Notes: generated by a model not told the origin, from the letters alone. A stretch of 64,000 nucleotides of DNA from Candidatus Aenigmatarchaeota archaeon (GCA_049303335.1 JBAQNA010000022.1:1135-65134); one strand, 5' to 3'; counted from the stretch's first letter, positions 1-11,084 are shown. Numbers and translations: made by a program.

Positions 1-526
1 GCACTGCGGCGCGGACTGCAACACGCCGCTGACGAACATGGTGCTTTACTCGCTGCCGCTGACCGTGCTGTTCGCGGGTTTCGCCGGTTTTGTCGCAATC
101 CCGGCGTTCTTTTTGCGCACGGGAAGCGAGATAAAAGGCGGGCTCATCGGCGGCTTTGTAAAAAGCCAGTCGAAAAAAATGGGCATAAACGCGCCAAAAA
201 CTTATCTTGCAAAATCGGGCAGGGCTGTCGCGTTCTCTTTCAGGTCGGTCTTCTCCGCAATATTCGTCTCGGAAAAACTTTTGTCGATGCTGAACAGGAA
301 GGAGCTTGAGGCCGTTCTTCTGCACGAGCTCGCGCACATAAGCTCGAAGTCGTCTGTGTTCAAGGTGTCCGCGTTCCTGATGAGCTTCTCGCCGCTGTCC
401 ATATTCAAATCCTTCGGCAGCGACCTCACGCTCGAGGAAAAAAAGGCTGACGCGTTTGTTGTCAAATCGCAGAAAACCGGAAAACATCTTTTGTCAGCAA
501 AAAGGAAAATGGAAAAAGCGCAATGA
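1..526 (+). CDS. M48/HtpX-like zinc metallopeptidase, 5' partial at window edge
   Basis: HExxH motif LLHELAHI in a hydrophobic protein. The frame is open back to window position 2, so the N-terminus is upstream. Confidence 0.5.
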   Translation, partial: HCGADCNTPLTNMVLYSLPLTVLFAGFAGFVAIPAFFLRTGSEIKGGLIGGFVKSQSKKMGINAPKTYLAKSGRAVAFSFRSVFSAIFVSEKLLSMLNRKELEAVLLHELAHISSKSSVFKVSAFLMSFSPLSIFKSFGSDLTLEEKKADAFVVKSQKTGKHLLSAKRKMEKAQ

Positions 527-544
527 AAAAAAGGTGAATTAAAC

Positions 545-685
545 ATGTTCGGACTTCCTGTCAAATGTCCCGTCTGCAAAATGGAGATAAAGAAGGGAAA
601 AGGAATAAGCCGCTTCGGAAAGGTTTTCTGCTCCGAGGAATGCGCGAAAGAATACGGGAAGCAGCAGGCAAAGAAACAAAAGTAG
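545..685 (+). CDS. small TRASH-type zinc-finger (metal-binding) protein, 46 aa
   Basis: Translates to MFGLPVKCPVCKMEIKKGKGISRFGKVFCSEECAKEYGKQQAKKQK. C-x2-C ... F-C-S-x2-C is the TRASH domain pattern. Below the ORF-track length cut-off. Sits in the copper/redox neighbourhood. Confidence 0.55.
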   Translation: MFGLPVKCPVCKMEIKKGKGISRFGKVFCSEECAKEYGKQQAKKQK

Positions 686-771
686 CCTGCAAATATTTTT
701 TTTCCGAAAACGCCTTTTTATACTCCCGCAGCTGTAACCATTACATTGTTTGTAAAGCTTCTTGTGGTAAA

Positions 772-1212
772 ATGAAAAACACGTCTGCAAAAAAAGGAGG
801 CGGCGCGCAGGGAAAAGCGGTGGCGGGAATGAACGCGGCCGCCGGCGGAGCAAGCATAATAAGCGCGCACAACGTATGCCACGCCGTATGCGAAGGTCTG
901 GTCGGGATTGCCGCGGTTTTCGGGATAACAGGAATGGGAATGCCGCTCGCGTTTCTGACTGATTACAACATTTATTTCTGGGCGATGGCTCTCGCGTTCC
1001 TGCTGATCGGGCTCGCGCTGCTTGTCAGCAAAAGGTGCATATCGAAAAACATGATGATGTTCAACGGCGGAATCGTTTTGGCAGGAGTGCCGTTTGCATT
1101 CCTGTCGCCGGTTCTTCCGGTTTTCTGGGCGGGAGGTTCCGTCTTAATTTTATTTAGCGCATACAGGTTTTTGAAACAGAAAATGTCGAAGAAAAACAAA
1201 AACTCAAGGTGA
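772..1212 (+). CDS. membrane protein with H-x2-C-H-x2-C motif (possible metal-binding); start moved to internal ATG
   Basis: ORF 565..1212 overlaps the TRASH gene at its 5' end; a plausible start is MKNTSAKK at 772. Several TM helices and motif HNVCHAVCEG. Confidence 0.4.
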   Translation: MKNTSAKKGGGAQGKAVAGMNAAAGGASIISAHNVCHAVCEGLVGIAAVFGITGMGMPLAFLTDYNIYFWAMALAFLLIGLALLVSKRCISKNMMMFNGGIVLAGVPFAFLSPVLPVFWAGGSVLILFSAYRFLKQKMSKKNKNSR

Positions 1213-1535
1213 AAAATATGTCAAAAGAAAAATCAAGCAAGAAAATCAGCAAGGAGAACATGCTGCTTTACGTGATTGCCGCAGCGGCGGTCGCCATTCT
1301 CGCGTGGGCTGTTCTAAGCATTCTCGGCACGGGAGTCGGAAGCGCGAATTACAACTACTATCAGCAGGCGAACGCAGGCGGGTGCGGCGACCTGAACGAT
1401 GTCGCGAACGTCCAGCACCTGAGCCATCACCCCTCGCAGTATGCGGACTGCATAAGGCAGGTCTCGCCTGAAATGTTCAAACAGGCCGTCGGAACGGACA
1501 AAAGCGCGTTCATGCAGCAGAACGGGATAACGTAG
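1209..1535 (+). CDS. hypothetical small membrane-anchored protein
   Basis: N-terminal Lys-rich region followed by one TM helix; two Cys; no recognisable domain. Confidence 0.35.
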   Translation: MKNMSKEKSSKKISKENMLLYVIAAAAVAILAWAVLSILGTGVGSANYNYYQQANAGGCGDLNDVANVQHLSHHPSQYADCIRQVSPEMFKQAVGTDKSAFMQQNGIT

Positions 1536-1658
1536 GTTCGGCAATCTGCATGTGATGTTTTATTCGCAAACCAGAAAGGCTTATATACTTGCAAAGCTTT
1601 ACAAATGCTGTAAAGCTTTAAGCAATTATTCTGAATAGAAAAAATTGAAGATGATAAA

Positions 1659-2894
1659 ATGAATTCCATCCGCCACGGATTGAGAAATGTTTACAGGAAA
1701 AAATCAAGAAGCGCTGTTCTCGTGCTTGTTCTGGCTTTGAGCATAAGCGCATTTGTAACGATGACGGCCGTTGACGAGAGCGTAGGCAAGCGGCTGCAGG
1801 ATGTCCAGAAAAACATAGGCACCCAGCTTGAATTGAGACCTGCGGGCTCTTACGGCCTCGCGCATTCGAGCGATGACAAAACTGCGCGATACCTGTCCGC
1901 AGGCCTGGTGGATAATATTAGCGGCAAGGATTTTGTAACTTCCGCCAAAGGCTATCTTTCGATGATGGGAGATTTTGCGGGCGAGCATGTCATTGTAATG
2001 GGAATCGAGCCGAACGCGCAGCTTGCAATATTCGGCGGGACAACAGGAAAAATAATTTCCGGGGAATCTCTAAGCTCATACGGAAAAGATGAGCGCGTGG
2101 TTCTTATCGGGGAGGGGTATGCAAAAAGGCACAATGCAAATATCGGCGACTCCGTAAAGCTGAAGGATTCCGATGTCAGGGTTGTAGGCATTTTTTCAAG
2201 CGACACCAGTTACGGGGACCACGGCATATTCACTCCGCTCGGGACAATGCAGGAAATTTTTAATCTTGAGGGAAAATTGTCATCCATTTTTGTTGACGTG
2301 AATTCAATGAGCAATGTCGGCTCCGCGATAGGGGAAATAAAGAACGCGACTTCGGGCGTGGATATAGTTGACAAAGACAAGGCATCAAGGGAAGTTGTCG
2401 TGGCATCGCTTGGCAGCATACGGGCGTCAAGCAGCATAGGCGCAACCTTCTCGCTTTTAATCGGCTCCGCAATAATATTTTTTATAATGCTGCTTGTAAC
2501 GCGCGAAAGAAAAAAGGAGATAGGAACGCTGAAGGCGATTGGCGCGTCAAACGGCGGAATTTTGAAACAGTTCATGGCGGAAACCATGATAATCGCGCTC
2601 GCGGCCGCCGTTGTCGGCATCATATTCGCAGCGGCCGGAGGAAGCGCAATCTCATCCAAACTTTTTTCTCCCGGAAATATTTTAAGCAACGGGCAAAATA
2701 ACCTGGGAAATCTTGGCGTTTATGCGGGAAGCGTTGATACGTACGCCATGTTGGCCCCGATTTCGTTCAACTTTTCCGCGGCAAATCTTGCGTATGTGTT
2801 TGCAGCGGCTGTCATGCTCAGCATAATAGGGGTGATTTATCCCGCGGCGCAGATATTCAGGATGAATCCATCAGAGGCGTTAAAGCATGGATAA
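1659..2894 (+). CDS. ABC transporter permease, FtsX/MacB-like (N-terminal TM, large extracytoplasmic domain, C-terminal 3-4 TM)
   Basis: Topology and length typical of MacB/FtsX permeases; overlaps the downstream ABC ATPase by 8 nt (operon). Confidence 0.75.
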   Translation: MNSIRHGLRNVYRKKSRSAVLVLVLALSISAFVTMTAVDESVGKRLQDVQKNIGTQLELRPAGSYGLAHSSDDKTARYLSAGLVDNISGKDFVTSAKGYLSMMGDFAGEHVIVMGIEPNAQLAIFGGTTGKIISGESLSSYGKDERVVLIGEGYAKRHNANIGDSVKLKDSDVRVVGIFSSDTSYGDHGIFTPLGTMQEIFNLEGKLSSIFVDVNSMSNVGSAIGEIKNATSGVDIVDKDKASREVVVASLGSIRASSSIGATFSLLIGSAIIFFIMLLVTRERKKEIGTLKAIGASNGGILKQFMAETMIIALAAAVVGIIFAAAGGSAISSKLFSPGNILSNGQNNLGNLGVYAGSVDTYAMLAPISFNFSAANLAYVFAAAVMLSIIGVIYPAAQIFRMNPSEALKHG

Positions 2895-3567
2895 TATTAT
2901 TGATGTCAGGGATGTGACAAAGGAATACGTTTCGGGAGACGGCAAGGCAAAGGTTCTTGACGGAATAACTTTTTCCGTCCCGCGAAGCGGCAAGTTCATA
3001 ACAATAGCGGGGTCGAGCGGAAGCGGAAAAACAACGCTGTTGAGCATGATAGGCGCTTTGGACAAGCCGACTTCGGGGCAGATTTTTATTGAGGGAACCG
3101 ATGTGACAAAAATGGGCGAGAGGCAGCTCACCATGCTGAGAAGGAAAAAAATGGGTTTTGTTTTTCAAACTTTCAACCTTCTTTCAAACCTGACTGCGCT
3201 GGAAAATGTCATGCTTCCGATGGAATATAATCATGCGGATGCGGGCGCTTCCAAGAGCAGGGCGGAGAATCTTTTGAAGGATGTCAAGATGATCCACAAG
3301 GCGGCGCAGTTTCCAAGCAAGCTGAGCGGAGGAGAATCGCAAAGGGTTGCAATCGCCCGCGCCCTGGCGAACGACCCTGATATAATATTGGCTGACGAGC
3401 CCACAGGAAACTTGGATTCCGCCACGGGGAGGGAAATAATTAGCCTGCTGAAAAATTTGGCGCATGAAAAGAACAAGACGGTTATAGTTGTCACGCATGA
3501 CGAGGGGATTATGAATTTATCAGACATCAAATTCCACATAAAAGACGGGAAGATTGCCAAACTCTAA
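2887..3567 (+). CDS. ABC transporter ATP-binding protein (MacB/LolD-like)
   Basis: Walker [10 protein letters not shown], signature [15 protein letters not shown], Walker [13 protein letters not shown]-loop VVTHD. Confidence 0.9.
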   Translation: MDNIIDVRDVTKEYVSGDGKAKVLDGITFSVPRSGKFITIAGSSGSGKTTLLSMIGALDKPTSGQIFIEGTDVTKMGERQLTMLRRKKMGFVFQTFNLLSNLTALENVMLPMEYNHADAGASKSRAENLLKDVKMIHKAAQFPSKLSGGESQRVAIARALANDPDIILADEPTGNLDSATGREIISLLKNLAHEKNKTVIVVTHDEGIMNLSDIKFHIKDGKIAKL

Positions 3568-3596
3568 CGCGATTTAAAACACAAATAATTTATGAG

Positions 3597-4199
3597 ATGA
3601 TTGAATTGAATGTAAATAAAAAAGTTTTTGCATCTGTGATTTTGGTAGGACTTTTTGCCGGCATTGCTGTGTACGCATTGTCAGGCGCAAACAAGATTTC
3701 GGATTCTCCGCCAACAGGCAAGTTCCTGTTCAGCCAAGCGGTCGGGCAGAAAGCCCCCGATTTCAGCTTGGAAGGCATAGACGGAAAAATCACAAAGCTG
3801 AGCGATTACAAAGGAAAAAATGTCGTCCTGTTTTTCAACGAGGGCAGCATGTGCTATCCAGCATGCTGGGACCAGATGGCTGAATTCGGAAATGATGAAA
3901 GATTCAGCAGCAATAATGCAGCAACATTCTCCATATTGGTGGATTCAAAGAGCGAATGGCAGAAAATAATTGCGCAGGTGCCAAAACTTGAGAAAGCAAA
4001 AATTTTGTTTGACACTTCAAAATCAGTGTCAAAATCTTATGATGTCCTCTCGCTATCATCTTCAATGCACCGCGGTTCCTTCCCCGGACACACTTATTTC
4101 ATCATCGACAAGGAAGGCGTCATACGCTACACTTTGGATGACATACAGATGGCAATAAGGAATGACAAGCTGGCTTCTGAGATAGCAAAACTTTCTTAA
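3597..4199 (+). CDS. membrane-anchored thioredoxin-fold redoxin (TlpA/AhpC-TSA-like thiol-disulfide oxidoreductase)
   Basis: N-terminal TM anchor. Motifs KAPDFSLEGIDGK...LSDYKGKNVVLFF and a C-x3-C motif (CYPAC) are typical of the redoxin family. Confidence 0.65.
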   Translation: MIELNVNKKVFASVILVGLFAGIAVYALSGANKISDSPPTGKFLFSQAVGQKAPDFSLEGIDGKITKLSDYKGKNVVLFFNEGSMCYPACWDQMAEFGNDERFSSNNAATFSILVDSKSEWQKIIAQVPKLEKAKILFDTSKSVSKSYDVLSLSSSMHRGSFPGHTYFIIDKEGVIRYTLDDIQMAIRNDKLASEIAKLS

Positions 4200-4210
4200 G
4201 AGTTGATGGC

Positions 4211-5128
4211 ATGGAACTTCTTATCGGGGCATCTTTTATAACATCCTTTATCGCCGGGGTTGCCGCGCTTTTCGCGCCCTGCTGCATAAGCGTTCTGCTG
4301 CCCGCGTATCTTGGCTCGATATTCAGAGAAAAGAAAACCGTCATATTGATGACGTTTGTGTTCTTCCTCGGGTTGCTTGCGGTATTCATGCCTCTGGGTT
4401 TGGGGGCTGCCGCGCTAGGCCAATTTTTTAGCGAGTATCATAATCTGATTTATACAATCGGAAGTTTGTTGCTGCTATCCCTTGGATTGTCATTGCTGCT
4501 TGGCAGGCATTTTTCCCTTCCGTTTTCAATTCATCCGAAAACAAACACCCAGAAAGTACAGAATACAGGCTCGGTTTTCGGGTTGGGGGTTTTTTCCGGG
4601 TTTGCAACGCTCTGCTGCGCCCCAGTTCTGGCCGGGGCTCTTGCCCTGTCTGTGTTGCCCGGCTCCGTTTTATTGGGCGGCCTGTATACGCTTGCCTATG
4701 TCATCGGAATGGTGTCCCCGCTGTTTATCATCGCCTACTTCCTTGACAAGACAGACTTTACAAAGAAATTCATAGCGTTCAGGAAACATTTCTCATATTC
4801 CATTGCAGGAAAGCAGATATCTCTAACGATAGCGGAAATGATAGCAGGCTTTACCTTTCTTTTCATGGGAATCTTAATACTTTATCTTGCCCAAACCAGC
4901 CAGCTTGCCATGGGCGGCGGGGATTACCAAGTAATGTTTAACATTTATATGTCAAATCTGACGGATTCGGTAAACGGATACTTGGGATGGGTTCCGTGGG
5001 AAATATGGGTTGCAATTATTATTGCCGCGCTTGTTTTGATAATTAGGGCCGTTTTTGCCAGGCGGAGGAATGAGTCGAATCAATCTTCTGTAAAGAATCT
5101 GCAAAGTCTCGAAGAAGCTTCCAAATAA
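4211..5128 (+). CDS. ccdA: cytochrome c-type biogenesis / thiol-disulfide transporter CcdA (DsbD family)
   Basis: Multi-pass membrane protein with the paired Cys motifs APCC and TLCCAPVLAG characteristic of CcdA/DsbD; immediately downstream of the redoxin. Confidence 0.7.
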   Translation: MELLIGASFITSFIAGVAALFAPCCISVLLPAYLGSIFREKKTVILMTFVFFLGLLAVFMPLGLGAAALGQFFSEYHNLIYTIGSLLLLSLGLSLLLGRHFSLPFSIHPKTNTQKVQNTGSVFGLGVFSGFATLCCAPVLAGALALSVLPGSVLLGGLYTLAYVIGMVSPLFIIAYFLDKTDFTKKFIAFRKHFSYSIAGKQISLTIAEMIAGFTFLFMGILILYLAQTSQLAMGGGDYQVMFNIYMSNLTDSVNGYLGWVPWEIWVAIIIAALVLIIRAVFARRRNESNQSSVKNLQSLEEASK

Positions 5129-5141
5129 GAAAGAACAAAGA

Positions 5142-5558
5142 TCAGTTTCTGAATCCTTTTGCGCAGTATTTGCAGCAGAATGCAAAGCTCTTGTCGCGAA
5201 TCTTTTTTACAAAGCCGCCCCCGAAAATTTTGCAGCCGCAGTGCGCGCATTGCGTAAGGCTCGGCTCGATTGCAAGCTCAATAAGGCTTGAGAATTTTAC
5301 GAGCATGTTCTTTACAAACTTTTTCCCGGACGGCGTAAGGACGTATGTCTTTTTCTCCCGCGTTCCAGAACTCTCCACTTTAATATAGCCGGCTTTCTTC
5401 AGCCTGTTCAGAAACGGGTAAATCTCGCCGGCGCTTATTCTCTTGTCCAGCTTTCCGCTTAACTCCTTTATCAGCTCGTAGCCGTGCTTCTTTTTTTCGG
5501 ACAGAAGAAGAAGGGCATACAATTTTACAATGTTTGTTATTTTTACACTATCTTGCAT
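5142..5558 (-). CDS. PadR-family transcriptional regulator with C-terminal TRASH metal-binding domain (CopR/CopT-like metal sensor)
   Basis: N-terminal PadR wHTH (LLLSEKKKHGYELIKEL...YPFLNRLKKAGYI). C-terminal CAHCGC...FAFCCKYCAKGF is a TRASH motif. Confidence 0.65.
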   Translation of the reverse strand: MQDSVKITNIVKLYALLLLSEKKKHGYELIKELSGKLDKRISAGEIYPFLNRLKKAGYIKVESSGTREKKTYVLTPSGKKFVKNMLVKFSSLIELAIEPSLTQCAHCGCKIFGGGFVKKIRDKSFAFCCKYCAKGFRN

Positions 5559-5634
5559 AAGGCTTATTAATTCCCGAATGATATAAATATATCATATTTT
5601 GATATATCAAGACATAAAAATAAAAGGTGGTTAG

Positions 5635-5886
5635 ATGAGTTTGAATGCAAAAGCACTCGCCCTGTCTGGGGGAATTGTGTGGGGTTTGACAATATTCGGA
5701 ACAACTTTGCTGTCAACGGCAACGGGATTTGGGAAAGCGATGATGGAAGTGTATGGAAGCATCCATCCGGGATATAGTATAAGCTATGGAGGTGCATTTG
5801 TCGGACTGGCTTATGCGTTTGCCTGCGCTGCCGTGGGGTTGTTCGTTTTCGCAAAAGTCTACAACTATCTGGAAAAAAGATTTTGA
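5635..5886 (+). CDS. small hypothetical membrane protein
   Basis: Two predicted TM helices, Gly/Ala-rich. Confidence 0.35.
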   Translation: MSLNAKALALSGGIVWGLTIFGTTLLSTATGFGKAMMEVYGSIHPGYSISYGGAFVGLAYAFACAAVGLFVFAKVYNYLEKRF

Positions 5887-5953
5887 ATAAACGATTTTTT
5901 TTATTTTTTTCATTTTATCTTTTGTTTTAATCCGTTGCAATCAGGATGGTAAT

Positions 5954-6274
5954 ATGAAAGAAACATGCTGTGATGTGCTTGGAAAGGAACTAAAAGCAGG
6001 AAAGAATTTTTTGACAAACAAGACTGCTTCGGGAGAAAAGTGGATTCCTGCGTTCGTGCAGAAGGTTGACGCGAAAAAATGCATCGGCTGCGGCTCTTGT
6101 GTGAAAGTCTGCCTTGGAAATTGCTATGAACTGAAGGATATATTAATCAACGGAAAGAGGAAAAAGGTCAGCGTTGTCGCGCATCCGGAAAACTGCCTTG
6201 GCGACTGCCATTGCCACAAAGTCTGCCCGATAATCGGCGGGGCAATGGTCTGCATGCCAAAGGAGATAAAGTAG
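5954..6274 (+). CDS. 4Fe-4S ferredoxin-like Cys-rich protein
   Basis: CIGCGSCVKVC...CYE and CLGDCHCHKVCP Cys clusters. Confidence 0.5.
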   Translation: MKETCCDVLGKELKAGKNFLTNKTASGEKWIPAFVQKVDAKKCIGCGSCVKVCLGNCYELKDILINGKRKKVSVVAHPENCLGDCHCHKVCPIIGGAMVCMPKEIK

Positions 6275-6286
6275 CGAAACAAAAAG

Positions 6287-7213
6287 GTGAAAAACATAGC
6301 AATGAAAAATCCGAATTATTGGAAAAGCCATTATGTTGTTGAAACGGATGCGGAAGAAATTGAAAGGAACATCAGGCTAACAAGCTTTAGCTCGGGCGAT
6401 AAAAATTTTGGATTGGTATGTTTTGAAAAGGGCAAGCGTGCTCCTAATATTCTGATTTCACCCGGCTCGGGAGGACATTCGTATGTTTTCGCAGAACTCG
6501 GCTATCTGATGCATAAAAAGGGATACAATGTTTTTATCATGCCAAGACACGGCAGCGCTACCATTAATGAGCTGATGCAACGACATGAAGATGCTCTTGA
6601 ACATATTGCAAATAATTTTAATGAAAATATAGGAGTATTCGCCGAGGGTCTTGGAAGCTATGCAGTTTTTTATTTGGCATTAGCTCATGGCCCGATGAAA
6701 AGCATGGTGCTTCAGAACGGGCCGGCAATACTTACCGAAGATGAATTTCAGAAAGCATTTAGTGAGGGCGGCGGCGCGGCCAGAAGGCGGAAGTTAATTC
6801 TTCCTTTTGCAAAATTTTTGGCAAAAATCTTTCCGAGCCTGCCAGTGCCCATATCGCTGTATCTGGATTACAAGGATCTCATAGACACGAAAGAGGAAAA
6901 CCGGAAATTGGAAACGCGTCTGGTAAAAGAGGGTTATCTTAAAGACCCGGATTTCAACAAGTGGAATGCATTGTCTGCGATTATGTCTCTTGTCCTGACG
7001 CCTCCGCCGAATCCTCTTTCGGAGTTAAAGACGCCCGTGATGTTTATAGTTCCCGCGAGGGGCATATACCCGTCTTACGAAAAAGATTTATTTGGCCGGC
7101 TTCCTGCTGTCAAGAAAAAACTGGCTGAAGTCGACGGAAGCGTTTTTTGGATGGTTTCCCATCCCAAAGAGGCGGCAAAAATAATATGCAAACGGTTTGA
7201 TGAAACGTTGTAA
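6287..7213 (+). CDS. alpha/beta-hydrolase fold protein
   Basis: Length and motif pattern (ILISPGSGGHSYVF, nucleophile-elbow-like GLGSYA) consistent with alpha/beta hydrolases. Confidence 0.45.
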   Translation: MKNIAMKNPNYWKSHYVVETDAEEIERNIRLTSFSSGDKNFGLVCFEKGKRAPNILISPGSGGHSYVFAELGYLMHKKGYNVFIMPRHGSATINELMQRHEDALEHIANNFNENIGVFAEGLGSYAVFYLALAHGPMKSMVLQNGPAILTEDEFQKAFSEGGGAARRRKLILPFAKFLAKIFPSLPVPISLYLDYKDLIDTKEENRKLETRLVKEGYLKDPDFNKWNALSAIMSLVLTPPPNPLSELKTPVMFIVPARGIYPSYEKDLFGRLPAVKKKLAEVDGSVFWMVSHPKEAAKIICKRFDETL

Positions 7214-7224
7214 GGTTGCTAACT

Positions 7225-7740
7225 ATGAAATCGGATAAACCCAAAATCTACGAGCGGCATTACGAAGACAGCGCGCTGATTCCCGCAGGCGCTGCAGAGA
7301 TATTCGCCTTTATAGATGATCATGCCCGCGTCATGTCGCATATGAACAAGCCGTCGTGGATGATGGGCGGCGGGCGAGGTGACATTTCGTTTGACGCCGG
7401 ACACGGCCAAAAGGTCGGTTCCCATATTCGCATGAGCGGCAAGGTCTTTGGGATTACTGTTTTTGTTGATGAAGTTATCACGCGCTATGAGCCGCCTCGC
7501 ATAAAAATCTGGGAGACGGTCGGGATGCCAAACCTTCTGGTCGTTGGTCATTACCGCATGAAAGTCGGGATAGAGCCGCAGGAGGATGAGTCGTTACTGC
7601 GCTTGTCCATAGACTATAATTTGCCGAAGACAAATGCTTGGCTGGGAAAACTGTTCGGCAGGTATTACGCGAAATGGTGCGTACAGCGTGTAATCAAAGA
7701 CACGCGCAGTTATTTTATAAAAAAACAAAAATTAAATTAA
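7225..7740 (+). CDS. SRPBCC (START/polyketide-cyclase-like) family protein
   Basis: About 170 aa with the alternating beta-strand pattern typical of SRPBCC. First ATG at 7225; the ORF track begins with TTG at 7216. Confidence 0.4.
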   Translation: MKSDKPKIYERHYEDSALIPAGAAEIFAFIDDHARVMSHMNKPSWMMGGGRGDISFDAGHGQKVGSHIRMSGKVFGITVFVDEVITRYEPPRIKIWETVGMPNLLVVGHYRMKVGIEPQEDESLLRLSIDYNLPKTNAWLGKLFGRYYAKWCVQRVIKDTRSYFIKKQKLN

Positions 7741-7741
7741 A

Positions 7742-10282
7742 ATGATTATTATGAAAGACCCTGTTTGCGGAATGGATGTTGGCGAGAAGGCGGTAAAGCT
7801 CGTGAAAGGCGGAAAGGCATATTATTTCTGCAGCAACAGTTGCAGGGACAAATTCTTTGGGAAGGGAAAAGATGATGAAAAAATAAATTCCAAATCAAGC
7901 CATAATGATTCCCAAACAAATACGCAAACAAAAAAATTCTCCTGCAACATAACGGGAATGCACTGCGCGAGTTGTGCCCAGAATATTGAAAAGAGACTTA
8001 AGGGTGAAGAAGGCGTGGCGAGCGCGAGCGTGAGCTATTCCGCAGGCAGGGCTTCCGCTGAGTTCGATCCGGAAAAGACGAGCGAGCAAAAGCTTGCCGG
8101 AACGATAAACAGGATGGGTTACAAGGCTTTTTTTGCGGCTCCCGAATCCGGGGGGTTTGCGACAGACCCTGTCTGCGGCATGCGCGTGAGCAAGGCGAAC
8201 TCCATAAAAAAACAGTTTGACGGCAGGATACATTATTTCTGCAGCGAGGAATGCGTGAGAAAGTTCGAGTCCCCGGAGGAGGAATTAAAGAGCATGAAAA
8301 AGCGGGTCATGATAGCCCTTTCAGGAGTGCTGCTGCTTGCAGCGCTTCGTGTAATAGCCATGTTAACTCTTGCTGCGGGGGCTACTCTGATATCATGGGC
8401 GCCAATCCCTTCGCTTCCCTGGTTTACATGGGGATATTGGCTGTTCATACTCACAACACCGATACAGTTCATAGGGGGTTGGACATTCTACAAGGGCGCC
8501 TATAACGCGCTCAAAAACAGGAGCCTGAACATGGACTTTCTTATTGCAATGGGCACTTTGACGGCGTGGACATTCAGCTCGTTCGTGCTTTTCTTCCCCG
8601 GAGTCCTGCCTGTGAAAGAGAGGGATGTTTATTTTGAAGTTTCAGCCGTAATTATAGCGTTCGTGCTTCTTGGAAAATTCATGGAGGACTACATAAAAAA
8701 ACGCACATCCGCGGCGGTGAGAAAGCTTCTTGACCTGCGCCCGAAGACAGCGCGCGTGATGCGCGAGGGAAAAGAGGTTGAGATACTTGCAGAGGAAATC
8801 ATGACAGGCGAAATCGTTGTTGTCCGCCCAGGCGAGAAAATTCCGGTGGATGGCTTGGTGATAGAAGGTGAAAGCTCCGTTGACCAGTCCGTGGTAACAG
8901 GCGAAAGCGTGCCCGTGCTAAAGAAAAAAGGCGACGAGGTAATCGGCGCAACTTTGAACAAGCATGGCATGCTGAAGTTCAAGGCAACAAAGGTCGGCTC
9001 GGAAACTACGCTAATGCAGATAGTTAAAATGGTTGAAGAGGCGCAGGCGTCGAGCGCGCCGATACAGCGGTTGGCTGACAAAGTCTCATCCTATTTTGTG
9101 CCTGCAGTAATCGCGATTGCTCTCGCTTCGTTTTTCGGATGGTGGCTTATCGGCGGAAACTTTACAATGGCAATACTTGCGTTTGTGGCAGTCCTTATAA
9201 TTTCCTGTCCCTGCGCCCTTGGAATAGCAACTCCTGCCGCGCTCATGGTGGGCGTCGGAAAAGGCGCAGAAGCAGGCATACTGATACGCGGCGGGGAATA
9301 TCTTGAGCGGGCGCACAAATTGCAGACAGTTGTTTTCGACAAGACCGGAACGCTTACGAAAGGAAAGCCCGTTCTCACTGATGTGGTTGCCTATAATGTT
9401 TCTGAAAAGGGAGTCCTGCACCTTGCCGCTATCGCCGAGAAAAATTCGGAACATCCTTTGGCGGAGGCGATAGTAAACGGCGCGAAAGAAAAGGGAATAA
9501 AGATAGAGGAGGCGCAGCATTTCAAGGCAATTCCGGGAATGGGAATAGAGGCAAAGTTCGGAAAGATAGAAATCCTTCTTGGAAACAGGAAACTGATGGC
9601 TGACAAAAAAATAAACGCGGAAAAAATCACAGGTGATATGGAAAAGCTTGAGGGTGAGGGAAAGACCGTGATGATTCTCGCGGCGGACAATGTGATTTTG
9701 GGGCTTGTGGCTGTTGCCGACACGCTCAAGGAGCATTCTGCCGAGGCAGTGAAGGAACTTGGCGCAATCGGTATAGAGTCCGTGATGCTCACGGGCGATA
9801 ACGAGCGGACTGCAAATGCGATAGCTGAGCAGGTTGGCATAAAGCGGGTGATAGCAAATGTTCTCCCGCAGGAGAAGCTTGAAGTCATAAAAAAACTCCA
9901 AGCTGAAGGAAAGGTTGTTGCAATGGTCGGCGACGGGATAAACGACGCGCCAGCTCTTGCGCAGGCGGACATCGGGATAGCCATAGGCTCCGGAAGCGAT
10001 GTGGCAAAGGAGACCGGCGGGATAATCCTGATAAAGGACGATTTGAGGGATGTTGTAAAAGGGATAAAGCTCAGCAGGCTGACAATGAAAAAAATAAAGC
10101 AGAATCTTTTTTGGGCGCTCGCTTACAACACCGCGGCGATACCGCTTGCGGCTTTCGGTTTCTTGAATCCGATAATAGCCGCGGCCGCGATGGCGATGAG
10201 CTCGCTTACGGTTGTGATAAATTCCGCGCTCCTGAAAAGGATTAAAATGGAAAAACGGGAGCTTGCAGCGCCGGCGGCATAG
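7742..10282 (+). CDS. copA: copper-translocating P1B-type ATPase CopA with N-terminal TRASH-HMA-TRASH metal-binding domains
   Basis: Two TRASH motifs (DPVCGM...YYFCSNSC and DPVCGM...HYFCSEEC), an HMA motif GMHCASCA, the CPC ion motif ISCPCALG, phosphorylation site DKTGTLT, the HP motif and GDGINDAP. Confidence 0.95.
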   Translation: MIIMKDPVCGMDVGEKAVKLVKGGKAYYFCSNSCRDKFFGKGKDDEKINSKSSHNDSQTNTQTKKFSCNITGMHCASCAQNIEKRLKGEEGVASASVSYSAGRASAEFDPEKTSEQKLAGTINRMGYKAFFAAPESGGFATDPVCGMRVSKANSIKKQFDGRIHYFCSEECVRKFESPEEELKSMKKRVMIALSGVLLLAALRVIAMLTLAAGATLISWAPIPSLPWFTWGYWLFILTTPIQFIGGWTFYKGAYNALKNRSLNMDFLIAMGTLTAWTFSSFVLFFPGVLPVKERDVYFEVSAVIIAFVLLGKFMEDYIKKRTSAAVRKLLDLRPKTARVMREGKEVEILAEEIMTGEIVVVRPGEKIPVDGLVIEGESSVDQSVVTGESVPVLKKKGDEVIGATLNKHGMLKFKATKVGSETTLMQIVKMVEEAQASSAPIQRLADKVSSYFVPAVIAIALASFFGWWLIGGNFTMAILAFVAVLIISCPCALGIATPAALMVGVGKGAEAGILIRGGEYLERAHKLQTVVFDKTGTLTKGKPVLTDVVAYNVSEKGVLHLAAIAEKNSEHPLAEAIVNGAKEKGIKIEEAQHFKAIPGMGIEAKFGKIEILLGNRKLMADKKINAEKITGDMEKLEGEGKTVMILAADNVILGLVAVADTLKEHSAEAVKELGAIGIESVMLTGDNERTANAIAEQVGIKRVIANVLPQEKLEVIKKLQAEGKVVAMVGDGINDAPALAQADIGIAIGSGSDVAKETGGIILIKDDLRDVVKGIKLSRLTMKKIKQNLFWALAYNTAAIPLAAFGFLNPIIAAAAMAMSSLTVVINSALLKRIKMEKRELAAPAA

Positions 10283-10294
10283 GAGTGATTAAGC

Positions 10295-11080
10295 ATGGGA
10301 CTCATAGAAGAATATTTCTCCGGCGTGATGGGGCATCATTATACGGCGGTAGGAATTCTTTCTTACGGAATAATTTTTGCAGCGGCAGTTTATCTTGTCT
10401 ACGAATATCTTTTGAAGAGAATCGGCTTCAGGATTGACAGCAAATTCATGCTGTCCCTTGTGCCGTTCATCATATTCGGCGGCATCACGCGGGCGCTGAA
10501 GGACACGAACTTTTATCAGGGATTCTTTTTCATGTCGCCGGGAATATACATAACAATATTTTTCATAACGCTTTTGTCTTTGCTGCTGTCTATAGCCGCG
10601 GAAAAAAGATTCAAAAAACCTTACTGGATTTTCATGCTTGGTATAGGAGGCGCGCTTGTTTTGTTTGACATGATTCAGGTTGCTCTTATAGGGATAGAAA
10701 ATTGGACAGCGGTAGTAATGATTCTTGGCTTGTTTGCAGCTTGGGCTGCTGTTTTTGCAGGCGCGCATTTTCTGCTTCCAAAATTCAGCAAGATAAACGC
10801 GGGAATCGCATTCTCGCATGCTATGGACGCTTCGCAGAATTTTGTCGGCGTTGCCGTTTTCGGGTACTCGGCGCAGATGCCTTTGAATTTTGCCGCGGAA
10901 AGCTTTTTCGGCTCTTGGATAATCTTTCCGATAAAAATAAGCGTTGTGCTTGCCGTGCTGCTGCTCATAGACAAATATTCAAGCGACAAGGAATTCAACA
11001 CATGGCTCAAGCTTGCGATACTGATTCTCGGCTTGCCGATGGGATTCCGCGGAATGCTCAGGGTTGGAATGGGGGTGTGA
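10295..11080 (+). CDS. archaeal multi-pass membrane protein, DUF63-like
   Basis: About 7 TM helices, no catalytic motifs; resembles the archaeal DUF63 family by size and hydropathy. Confidence 0.4.
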   Translation: MGLIEEYFSGVMGHHYTAVGILSYGIIFAAAVYLVYEYLLKRIGFRIDSKFMLSLVPFIIFGGITRALKDTNFYQGFFFMSPGIYITIFFITLLSLLLSIAAEKRFKKPYWIFMLGIGGALVLFDMIQVALIGIENWTAVVMILGLFAAWAAVFAGAHFLLPKFSKINAGIAFSHAMDASQNFVGVAVFGYSAQMPLNFAAESFFGSWIIFPIKISVVLAVLLLIDKYSSDKEFNTWLKLAILILGLPMGFRGMLRVGMGV

Positions 11081-11084
11081 TTGT

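Noticed and set aside
565-771. N-terminal 69 codons of ORF 565..1212
   Set aside because: That stretch overlaps the well-formed 46-aa TRASH gene in another frame and is Arg/Lys low complexity; the start was moved to 772.
9086-9984. Long minus-strand ORFs (271, 197, 95, 130 aa) overlapping copA
   Set aside because: They are shadow frames of a strongly supported P-type ATPase gene. Their composition is Ser/Cys/Arg-rich, typical of the antisense of a GC-moderate gene, and they carry no motifs.
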